Below, piece by piece: positions 9,331 through 17,263 of a DNA stretch of 35,198 bases. Under the pieces are notes generated by a model that was not told where the DNA came from, did no database searches, and saw only the letters and a program-made list of their open reading frames with translations. The position numbers were made by a program, and so were the translations under genes. The DNA comes from a virus (lineage: Duplodnaviria; Caudoviricetes). The stretch lies in the IMG/VR virus record IMGVR_UViG_3300030372_002033, positions 1 to 35,198 of that record, one strand, 5' to 3'. The stretch's first letter is position 1. The number at the start of each line of letters is the position of its first letter.

Positions 9331-10701
9331 TTATTCTATTTCCTCTAAAAATTTTTCAAAATCATCTTCTATGTATTCATCACGATCCGTAGAGATAAAA
9401 CCTCCAGGAGCATATGATTCAATACTATTTAATGAATCAACAACCTCTCCGCTATCTCCATAGGTTCTTAGTTTTTGTAAAGATTCATCAATATTAAAAT
9501 CAGTTGTAGTTATATTGCTATCATATGTAGGAATCTCTGGCTCTACAATTCCTACTCCAGATGAAGAAAGGCCTTTAAACTGCAGATAATCATCATAAAG
9601 ATCAGACCCTCCCATAGCAGCTTCCATAGCGTTAAAGTAAGGCCCATGCTCTTCTCTAGGCATTCCAGCAACAGCTTGATCATACATAGCAAATAAAGCG
9701 TTTTTATTATCAACCCCTGATATAGCTTCAACAAAGCTATTAAAGTCAGATTCTTCATTTGTTTCATTTATACCTGCTAGTTCTGAATCTAAAGCATTAA
9801 TAGCATCGTAGTTCCGTGATAAGTTTAAAAAGAATGCTGAAGTATTTTTATTTGTAGACAGTTCAGTTCTAACAGCATCTCCAATAGCTCCAGGTAAACT
9901 GTTTATACCAGACATAAAGTCTCCATATGGTTGCATAGCCATAAGTTGTATAGCTTGAACAAGCTCTTCACTAGGCTCTATCTTCTTTTTAGTTACAGGA
10001 TCTGTATATGTTAACCTTTCTACTAGATCCCCAGAATCCTCACCTTCTCCAAGTGTGTACATTCCTTGAATAATTCCATAATTACTTTCAGCATTAGCTA
10101 CTTGCCCTGCTTTCATGTGGTTAGTAATCTTTACAGCATCCGCAAACCTTTGAGTAGGATCTTTAGAGAAATATGCTTGATCTGCACCAGCTGTAGTTTC
10201 CCAGCCTAATCCACCTTCTTCCAATGCTTTTAAAGCATGCTCTTGAAAGGCTTCATATTCATGAGGATCTAATACTCTATTAGCACCAGCAAATTCACTT
10301 TGCATTTCTTTTAATGTAGAAGCTTGTGATCTTAGTGTAGATAGTCCAGCATCTAGGCTAGATTGATATTCACTTAATGTATTTAAGTTTTGAGTTATAG
10401 CATTCATATTAATACTGTTCTGCTCATCAACTATACTTATAATATCAGCTGCACCTTGAGTCATAAAGGATGGATCTACGTTATCGTATTTATCATACAT
10501 CTTTTCAGTAGCTCTAACTTGATCCTTCATATCATAGTATTCTTTTAATAAAATACTTTGAGTAGCTTGTGCTTTACGTTCTTCTCTATCTAAAGCTCTT
10601 TCTTCTTGAGCCATTTGCATTTGCTTGTATTGCATAATTAAAGATGGCATTTCATCTAAAAACTCTGCTAACGGACTCCTTTCTACTACTATCTCTGCCA
10701 T
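9331..10701 (-). CDS. Acidic alpha-helical protein, putative internal virion/ejection protein
   Basis: 456-aa ORF with an AGGAG RBS, no Cys and coiled-coil-like segments. Lies between the nozzle gene and the giant protein. Confidence 0.6.
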   Translation of the reverse strand: MAEIVVERSPLAEFLDEMPSLIMQYKQMQMAQEERALDREERKAQATQSILLKEYYDMKDQVRATEKMYDKYDNVDPSFMTQGAADIISIVDEQNSINMNAITQNLNTLSEYQSSLDAGLSTLRSQASTLKEMQSEFAGANRVLDPHEYEAFQEHALKALEEGGLGWETTAGADQAYFSKDPTQRFADAVKITNHMKAGQVANAESNYGIIQGMYTLGEGEDSGDLVERLTYTDPVTKKKIEPSEELVQAIQLMAMQPYGDFMSGINSLPGAIGDAVRTELSTNKNTSAFFLNLSRNYDAINALDSELAGINETNEESDFNSFVEAISGVDNKNALFAMYDQAVAGMPREEHGPYFNAMEAAMGGSDLYDDYLQFKGLSSSGVGIVEPEIPTYDSNITTTDFNIDESLQKLRTYGDSGEVVDSLNSIESYAPGGFISTDRDEYIEDDFEKFLEEIE

Positions 10702-10709
10702 AATAACTC

Positions 10710-11795
10710 CTATTTTACACTTTCAAGTTCTGCAATTTCATCATAAAATCTATCTTTTTGCCTTCTACCTTCTCCATACATTCCTTTTTGATATGATAAT
10801 GTATCTCTATATTTACCTAAACTTACTCCAGCATAATCAGTGCCTAAAGTACGAGTATCTAAATCTAATCCTTTAATTCCAAAGTCATATGCAGATTGCG
10901 CTCTTTCCGTTCCAAAATCATATGTAGATTGAGCCTGCCTTTGTCCAAAAGCAAAATTTCTACGTGCTGTATCCATTCCTTCAGATTGCCCTTTTGCCAA
11001 TTCTTTTAATTGAGTTTGCATTCCGTATTGAGCCCCTCCAGAGCTAGCAAGTCCAGATCTTGCCTGCATTGCTTGAGATTGTCCTAAAGCACCTTTTGCT
11101 CCAGCCCTATACTGTCTTCCTAAAGCTTGACTTGTATCTGAAAATTGATTTTGCATTCCTTCCATAGCAAAGTCTTTTGTTGCTCCAAGTTGCCTGTTTG
11201 TAAAGTCTAAATCACTTCCAAGTTGATCTCTTTGAACGTCTAAAGCATCCTTTCTTACATCAAGCTTATCATAATCTATTTGGCTTTGTTGTTGGTTTAA
11301 ATCATATTCTTGTTGAATAAAGTCAAAAGGCTTTTGTTCAAAACCTGTAAGATATTTATCCATGTCTGTTGCTGTAACTCCAAATTCTGTAAAAGCTTTC
11401 TCCACTTCACTTTCGCTCATAACATTTGGATTTGACCCAAATCTTTCTCTAGCACTACTCCATTCTACTTGAGCAAATGCATCTTCTACAGCTTTTCTTC
11501 TATCAAATTCTTCTTTGCTTTCACCTCCAATTAAAGACCCTAATGCATCTCCCCAATTCCATTCATCTCCTGCATTATATTCTTTTAGACCAGTATATGG
11601 ATTGATAGTACCAGCACCAACATCTTTAGCAAATTTTTCACCAGACTCTTTATCAATATCTATAAAAACAGATTCTAAAGCAGTTACATGGCTAGGCTGT
11701 CCATCAATTTCACGTATTTTTGTATCTCCAAATCTACCTAGCCTAGCTCTCTTGTCTTTATTTAATTTACGTGTATCTACAATTTTATTACTCAT
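10710..11795 (-). CDS. Putative ejection (DNA pilot-like) protein
   Basis: 361 aa with an AGGAG RBS and no Cys. N-terminal GRFGDT...GAGTINPYTGLKEY motif, then a Q/G/A-rich helical region with 7- and 11-residue periodicity. Confidence 0.6.
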   Translation of the reverse strand: MSNKIVDTRKLNKDKRARLGRFGDTKIREIDGQPSHVTALESVFIDIDKESGEKFAKDVGAGTINPYTGLKEYNAGDEWNWGDALGSLIGGESKEEFDRRKAVEDAFAQVEWSSARERFGSNPNVMSESEVEKAFTEFGVTATDMDKYLTGFEQKPFDFIQQEYDLNQQQSQIDYDKLDVRKDALDVQRDQLGSDLDFTNRQLGATKDFAMEGMQNQFSDTSQALGRQYRAGAKGALGQSQAMQARSGLASSGGAQYGMQTQLKELAKGQSEGMDTARRNFAFGQRQAQSTYDFGTERAQSAYDFGIKGLDLDTRTLGTDYAGVSLGKYRDTLSYQKGMYGEGRRQKDRFYDEIAELESVK

Positions 11796-11804
11796 CAGTT
11801 TCTC

Positions 11805-12947
11805 CTATCTATAAGAAGTTTTTGTGGACATATTTTTAAAGTCATCCACTCCCAAAGATTCAAATAGTCTTTTTTGCCATGAAGGTTGTTCATACTCTAA
11901 TGCGTTAATCATGCTAAAATCTTCAGGAGACTCAGAACCCCAGCCAGCATCTCCTCTATAATTAACAAGATTTTTATTCCTATTAATTGTATCTTTAATG
12001 TTAAAATTATCTAAAGGGCCTGCTGCATTAGTTCCTCTCCCTCTCAGATTAACATCTCTTGTTGGGGCAAACAACGCATTGCCAGCATTACTATTCCTAT
12101 ATTCTCTAGCCCTTTGATCTCCTTCCATAAATAATTCTTGAGATGTATTTCTCATTAATTCAGGAGTTTCTCCTGTAGCAAACAGTTCCCTAGTTCCACC
12201 TGTCTCAGGCCTATAAAAAGCTGCTTTTTGAGCTTCTCCATATACGTCTTGAGGTACAATAGAACTTCTAGAACCATATTGACCTATAGCCTTCCCTGTA
12301 TTAGGGTTTGTAATAGCTTCACTAAATCCAAGGCCACGTCTTGCGTCTCCAACTCCTAATGTTTGTCTTCCAGTTCCAACACCAACATTTTCAGTAAATA
12401 AATTTCTTTTTTGAGTGTCTAAGTTGTGAAGCATTGTTTCATCTCCATAAGGCATTTTTGCTCCAAAACCTATCCTAGAATCCGCAAAGTCTCTGGCTGC
12501 CTTAGCTTCCTTCATTCCAGCTACTTTCTTGCCTATAAAGCTATCTCCAAAGTCTAGTCCTTTAGCAGAATCTATCCCTGCTTTTTTTAACTTAGCTGCT
12601 TGTCCCATCCCAGCCGTTACTCCAGATTTTAATGATGATAATAAATTTTTAGATCCTAAAGCTCCTAATTCAGATTGAAGCTGTTCTCTATCTTCGCTAA
12701 AGAATTTACCTCCTTTTAAACTTCCTCCTGCAGCCCTAGAACCAATAGCTCCGCCTAAGGCAGAAGCACCACCTGTTAATAGTCCTAATGTAAGAGGGTT
12801 TACAGCTCCTCCAGTTAAAAGACCGACACCCAAGGTTCCAGCTGTACGGCCTATAGATCCCCATAAATCCTTTTTCCTAGCTTTTCTTTTTAAAGCCTTT
12901 TCTTCATCTCTTACATCTTTTCTTAATAAAGCCTGTGCATATCCCAT
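11805..12947 (-). CDS. Putative ejection protein with Gly/Ala/Leu-rich membrane-interacting N-terminus
   Basis: 380 aa, no Cys. The segment WGSIGRTAGTLGVGLLTGGAVNPLTLGLLTGGASALGGAIG resembles podovirus ejection/pilot proteins. Confidence 0.6.
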   Translation of the reverse strand: MGYAQALLRKDVRDEEKALKRKARKKDLWGSIGRTAGTLGVGLLTGGAVNPLTLGLLTGGASALGGAIGSRAAGGSLKGGKFFSEDREQLQSELGALGSKNLLSSLKSGVTAGMGQAAKLKKAGIDSAKGLDFGDSFIGKKVAGMKEAKAARDFADSRIGFGAKMPYGDETMLHNLDTQKRNLFTENVGVGTGRQTLGVGDARRGLGFSEAITNPNTGKAIGQYGSRSSIVPQDVYGEAQKAAFYRPETGGTRELFATGETPELMRNTSQELFMEGDQRAREYRNSNAGNALFAPTRDVNLRGRGTNAAGPLDNFNIKDTINRNKNLVNYRGDAGWGSESPEDFSMINALEYEQPSWQKRLFESLGVDDFKNMSTKTSYR

Positions 12948-12950
12948 GTT

Positions 12951-13142
12951 TTACCCCTTATCTAATACTTTTTTATATAATACATCATTATGTTTTACAT
13001 ACATAACTAATCCTTCATTGGTAGCTCTAAGCACCATTACACCATTTTTTAGATCTGACTTTTCTGGAGCACCTTCTAGTATTTGAGCTACTTCTTGCTT
13101 TTTATGTATAGAATTTCTTTCATGTCTAGTCATTCCCATCAC
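12951..13142 (-). CDS. Small hypothetical protein
   Basis: 63-aa ORF overlapping the stop of the nozzle gene. The true start may be one of the following Met codons. Confidence 0.65.
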   Translation of the reverse strand: MMGMTRHERNSIHKKQEVAQILEGAPEKSDLKNGVMVLRATNEGLVMYVKHNDVLYKKVLDKG

Positions 13143-15523
13143 TTAATCCCCTTTGTTCTATAGACTATAGAAATTGAATCAATCTCAAAATCAGCTGCTA
13201 TAGCATTTAATCCATCACCATGTAACTTTAATTGAAAGCTAGATACGTTATTTATAGATACAGATGGTTTTAATTCAGCTTTTAGCCAATCATCAGTACC
13301 TGCGTTTACTAAACATTTATGTGCAGCGCTACCCCCCGTTGTAGAACCATCTGAATTAATAGTAAAAAAATTTCCTGATAAAGCTCCTCCGTCTGATCCA
13401 TAGTTAACTTGCACATTGCTTGCATCACCTCTATAAGTTATATAGACTTTGTATATTTTCTTTCTAACTCCAGGCTGTCCAAAATCCAAATCTTTTGTTT
13501 GTATGTGCAATCCTGTACTTGATCCTGAGGCATCAGACCATTTTTTAGGCGTTCCAGTATCATCAGTTTCTATATAGATTAAATCACCATTCCAATCTGT
13601 TACAAAATTTGTAAACCTTATACTATCTGAACACTTACTATTTCCGTAAACCCAGCTTTGAGTGACTATATCATAAAGAAAGACATCTCCAGCGCTTGAA
13701 TGTGTGCAATCTTTCACAACTAGTATCTGCCTTTTGCTTGGAATGTATCCAATCATTGAATTTGCTGTAGCAAAAGTAGCCCAGTCACTTTCTTTTATTA
13801 TTTGTCTACCACCTTTTTCAAGTAAATTATTAACTCTTTGCCCATCATATAGATAGCAACCTTGCTCATTAACCCAAGCTATACCAAAATCAGTTTTGCA
13901 AGTTGCTGCAGGATGAGAAACCCCCTTATGGACAAATGTATCTTCTATAAATTCTAACTCCTGAGAAATATTTAAAAGTTCTAACTTTTTTTTCTTAAAA
14001 ATCAAAAGTCTGTCTGCATAGGCTTCAAGCTTAACTATACTATCTCCGTCATTTATACTTGCTTCAAGCTTTCTAACATCTGAAAATGTATCAAACTTAT
14101 TGATAGGGCTTTTAAATACAGCATCTCCATAAGTAGTTCCACCATATTGTACATTGCCTATGTAAGCCCTTCTATTTGATACTATTGCAGTTTTATATTT
14201 AGCTGTAGTAGAAGGCGCATCTTGAGGCATTGCATTAAGATCTTCCCATGTAAGTGAAGAAACAGAGTTTATTTCACCGACGCTTGCAGATACACATTGG
14301 CTATATTTTACAACCCATGGCACATAAGATCCAACAATTCCTTCCCTTACTCCATCTTTTAAACTAACGTCTAATAAATGATACCATTGTCCTGAGCCAG
14401 AAGATGTTTGCTTCCTCCAATAAACTCTACCTCCAGTTAACCTTGGATCGTATGGAGATGTTGCGTAAATATCTATGCCAGGAATAACTTCAGTACCGCT
14501 TATTGCAAATTCTGCAGAATCAAAACCCCCTCCATGAAATTCTCTAGGCAAAGATTCTTGAGAGCCAATAGCTCCAGGTTCTGCATCGTATACATAACTC
14601 ATAGCAAAATCATAATTTCCTGCAGGTATTGAGCCTCCACTACCTTCAGGGCCATCTGCTGTAAAATTTAAATGAAACCCATCTCCTGCTTTTGGAAAAA
14701 GAGCCCAGGTCTTACCATCCCATTCAGTTCCATCACTTGGAGAAACATCTGGAGTATCAATAACAGTGTCTCCTTGTCGTGCACTAGATCCTAAAGTTAA
14801 TGTTACTGCTGTTAAATCAGTTATTATTTTATCAGTTAATACAGTGTTGTCTACCCCGCCAGTAAATGCATGGGTTGTACCTGTAAATAGTCTAGTTTCA
14901 GTACTACTCCCTTGAGCTGATCCAGTAAGAGCTCCTTGAATTAAAACATTGTTTGGCATTTTTATTTCAGCATCTTTACAATACCATGCATTATAGGAAT
15001 CAGCAGTAGCAGTACCATCAAAATGAGATCTTTCTATATAACCATACCATTTATTTGTATTGGTGTTTCCAAACTCAGAATCACATACTCTTAAATTTCC
15101 ATCAACAAAATAAAAAACATCTTTTCTTTGTCCACCAGTATTATTAGTCATTCCAGTTATTGGATCACCCCAAGTAGTATCTTCTGCACTATATATAGAA
15201 ACATTTCCAGTTCCAGACCCATCTGGATCAGAAAAAGCTAAATAATCTGCTCCAGTTTCTTCATCACTAGAACCTGCAGAGCTTGTATGTCCATCAACTC
15301 TATCATGGCTAAATTGAAATAATCCATATCCTGGTTCAATAGAATTTGTCCTAGCAGCTGGAGGGCTCATAGTAGAAGCTGCCCCCATCATCCTTGTTTG
15401 ACCTATTTTATCAACCATTATATCTATAGCTTCATGTAATTCATTTTCAGCTATATCTCTAGCATCAGAGTTACTATTTATTCCACCATGAAAGGCTCTT
15501 ATATTATATATCTGTTTAGGCAC
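13139..15523 (-). CDS. Tail nozzle / tail tubular protein B-like (beta-propeller)
   Basis: 794 aa with a GTG start and AGAGG RBS. N-terminal FHGGIN motif and C-terminal TKDLDFG...KKIYKVY, as in podovirus nozzle proteins (T7 gp12/P22 gp10 type). Beta-rich and immediately upstream of the ejection genes. Confidence 0.75.
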   Translation of the reverse strand: MPKQIYNIRAFHGGINSNSDARDIAENELHEAIDIMVDKIGQTRMMGAASTMSPPAARTNSIEPGYGLFQFSHDRVDGHTSSAGSSDEETGADYLAFSDPDGSGTGNVSIYSAEDTTWGDPITGMTNNTGGQRKDVFYFVDGNLRVCDSEFGNTNTNKWYGYIERSHFDGTATADSYNAWYCKDAEIKMPNNVLIQGALTGSAQGSSTETRLFTGTTHAFTGGVDNTVLTDKIITDLTAVTLTLGSSARQGDTVIDTPDVSPSDGTEWDGKTWALFPKAGDGFHLNFTADGPEGSGGSIPAGNYDFAMSYVYDAEPGAIGSQESLPREFHGGGFDSAEFAISGTEVIPGIDIYATSPYDPRLTGGRVYWRKQTSSGSGQWYHLLDVSLKDGVREGIVGSYVPWVVKYSQCVSASVGEINSVSSLTWEDLNAMPQDAPSTTAKYKTAIVSNRRAYIGNVQYGGTTYGDAVFKSPINKFDTFSDVRKLEASINDGDSIVKLEAYADRLLIFKKKKLELLNISQELEFIEDTFVHKGVSHPAATCKTDFGIAWVNEQGCYLYDGQRVNNLLEKGGRQIIKESDWATFATANSMIGYIPSKRQILVVKDCTHSSAGDVFLYDIVTQSWVYGNSKCSDSIRFTNFVTDWNGDLIYIETDDTGTPKKWSDASGSSTGLHIQTKDLDFGQPGVRKKIYKVYITYRGDASNVQVNYGSDGGALSGNFFTINSDGSTTGGSAAHKCLVNAGTDDWLKAELKPSVSINNVSSFQLKLHGDGLNAIAADFEIDSISIVYRTKGIK

Positions 15524-15539
15524 TTTTTTCCTCTAATTT

Positions 15540-15628
15540 ATCGGGAGAGGTATACACAACAGTAAGCGAACTATCGCAGCATACATGCTGAGAAAACCAA
15601 GGAGGAGCGGTGTAGTCCCTCTCCCAAT
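15540..15628 (-). ncRNA. Candidate structured cis-regulatory RNA (multi-stem) upstream of the nozzle gene
   Basis: On the minus strand AUUGGGAGAGG pairs with CCUCUCCCGAU and UACAC with GUGUA, enclosing hairpins CAGCA-UGUA-UGCUG and GCGA-UAGU-UCGC. It is a GC-rich island in the largest intergenic gap. Confidence 0.5.
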
Positions 15629-15639
15629 TATAATCTATT

Positions 15640-15828
15640 TTACGACTTATTGATTGCATCTTTTAATACTTCCTCTACAGATGAATATAAAGCATCTAAT
15701 ATCTTAGCTTCAGTCTTTTCACCTATAAATGGTACATCAATATTTTCATTTAAAGCCTTTATTACATTTGCTTTCATTTCATCATTAAACAAATGTTCAA
15801 TAATAGCTTTCTTTATTATTTCGTTCAC
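15640..15828 (-). CDS. Small hypothetical protein
   Basis: 62-aa ORF coupled by ATGA overlap to the upstream gene. Confidence 0.7.
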   Translation of the reverse strand: MNEIIKKAIIEHLFNDEMKANVIKALNENIDVPFIGEKTEAKILDALYSSVEEVLKDAINKS

Positions 15829-16052
15829 TTTTTTGCTCTCCTTTTTGGTTTTGGTTTTTCACAACACTTGCATTTACAACTTGAATCTAGACTTTTAATT
15901 GTTCTCTTTAGAGCAAATACATTTAGCTCTAATTCATCAATTCTCTTGTCTGCATCGTTAGGATCTTCTACGTACGCAAGTATCTTCTCTAGTTTGAATT
16001 GTTTTGCTATTAAACTGACTATTGCTTTCGTTAACATACTTGAAATCATCAT
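15825..16052 (-). CDS. Small hypothetical protein (hydrophobic N-terminus, coiled coil, CKCKCC/basic tail)
   Basis: 75-aa ORF overlapping its neighbours at both ends. Confidence 0.7.
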   Translation of the reverse strand: MMISSMLTKAIVSLIAKQFKLEKILAYVEDPNDADKRIDELELNVFALKRTIKSLDSSCKCKCCEKPKPKRRAKK

Positions 16053-16312
16053 TTTCCCTTTCCAATTAACCGCTCTAATATACCAACAAGTGAGGTATAA
16101 CTTGCCTTTATTTCTTTTACATCGATAGTATGCTTTTTAAGGGCGTTAATTAGCCCTATAACGATACCTTCCAATCTACCGAATGATTCCCTCATCTCCC
16201 TCTGTAATTCGTTCTGTATGAACTGATTTTGCTTCCATATGAAGTATCCGAATGCCATACACATTGTGATTGGCACTCCAACTCTTTCTATTATTTCTAC
16301 AATATTGTCCAT
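16049..16312 (-). CDS. Putative holin-like membrane protein
   Basis: 87 aa. A single N-terminal hydrophobic helix (VGVPITMCMAFGYFIW) is followed by a coiled coil, the layout of BhlA/UviB-type holins. Confidence 0.55.
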   Translation of the reverse strand: MDNIVEIIERVGVPITMCMAFGYFIWKQNQFIQNELQREMRESFGRLEGIVIGLINALKKHTIDVKEIKASYTSLVGILERLIGKGK

Positions 16313-17091
16313 TATCCCTCAATCAATTCACCCCAAAGAGAGGTTCTACCATCTATTATTTGTATTATATGAACAGTGAATAAACCATTCTTATAATAAT
16401 CAACTATTGCAAAAGCATGAGCCCAGTTGATATTTCTATTGTCAAGCCATGAATTGGCTTCTGTACCCATATCTTTTAAACATCCTATACTCCAAGCTGC
16501 TTTAGGCCCATCCATATGAGTTGCCGTCATATGCTGTAAATCATGCCAATGCCCGTACATTATATTACATCCTAGTTTCCTAAGATGATTTGCTGTGTGA
16601 TATTGACCACCATACTGGTGACCATGATAAAAGTAAAGCTTACCTATCTTAAGGTGCTTACCAAACGAGTGATATTTATATCCTCTTTCTTTTAGCTTAA
16701 CAGCATTGGCAAATTTAAATTGTGGTAAATATGGATATGCCTCTACACACATATTTAACCAGTTATCATGATTACCTTCTGTAATATGTTTCTCTTTACA
16801 TTTGGCTTTATCTAAAGATTCATCTATCTGATCCATCCCTTCATTAACATCTTTGACATCTTTATTAAAGTCATCTATCAAATATTCTAAAGGTGGTTTC
16901 TGCTTTCTTTTAAATCTCCATGCAGAAAACGCATGAAACTCACCCACATCTCCTAGATCTACATACGCATCAGGCTTCACTATTTCTATTGTTCTTTTTA
17001 AACAATTTATAGCCTTCTGATCATGCAGAGGGAAATGCTTGTCTGGGGTCACTATTACTCTTTTGACTACTCCTTTATCCGCTTTAGCCAT
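16312..17091 (-). CDS. Calcineurin-like metallophosphoesterase
   Basis: All five motifs are present: PDKH, DLGD, EGNHD, YHGH, YGHWH. AAGGAG RBS. Confidence 0.92.
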   Translation of the reverse strand: MAKADKGVVKRVIVTPDKHFPLHDQKAINCLKRTIEIVKPDAYVDLGDVGEFHAFSAWRFKRKQKPPLEYLIDDFNKDVKDVNEGMDQIDESLDKAKCKEKHITEGNHDNWLNMCVEAYPYLPQFKFANAVKLKERGYKYHSFGKHLKIGKLYFYHGHQYGGQYHTANHLRKLGCNIMYGHWHDLQHMTATHMDGPKAAWSIGCLKDMGTEANSWLDNRNINWAHAFAIVDYYKNGLFTVHIIQIIDGRTSLWGELIEG

Positions 17092-17100
17092 ATTATCTCC

Positions 17101-17256
17101 TTATTTTAGTTCTTTTACTATTTTGAGGATAAGATATACTAATGTTGCTATCCCTACTAATAGGCTTACTATATCTGGTAGCCAGCCACTTACTGAAAGC
17201 CACCATCCACCTACTCCTGTTCCTGTTGTCTTTAATGTATCTATTGCGTCTATCAT
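17101..17256 (-). CDS. Small membrane protein, putative holin/antiholin
   Basis: Below the ORF-track cutoff. 51 aa: MIDAIDTLKTTGTGVGGWWLSVSGWLPDIVSLLVGIATLVYLILKIVKELK. AAGGA RBS, and it fills the gap exactly. Confidence 0.7.
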   Translation of the reverse strand: MIDAIDTLKTTGTGVGGWWLSVSGWLPDIVSLLVGIATLVYLILKIVKELK

Positions 17257-17263
17257 ATCTTCC

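Noticed and set aside
15540-15628. tRNA or hammerhead ribozyme interpretation of the structured spacer
   Set aside because: There is no T-loop (GTTCRA), D-arm or CCA pattern, and no CUGANGA/GAAA core in the right arrangement.
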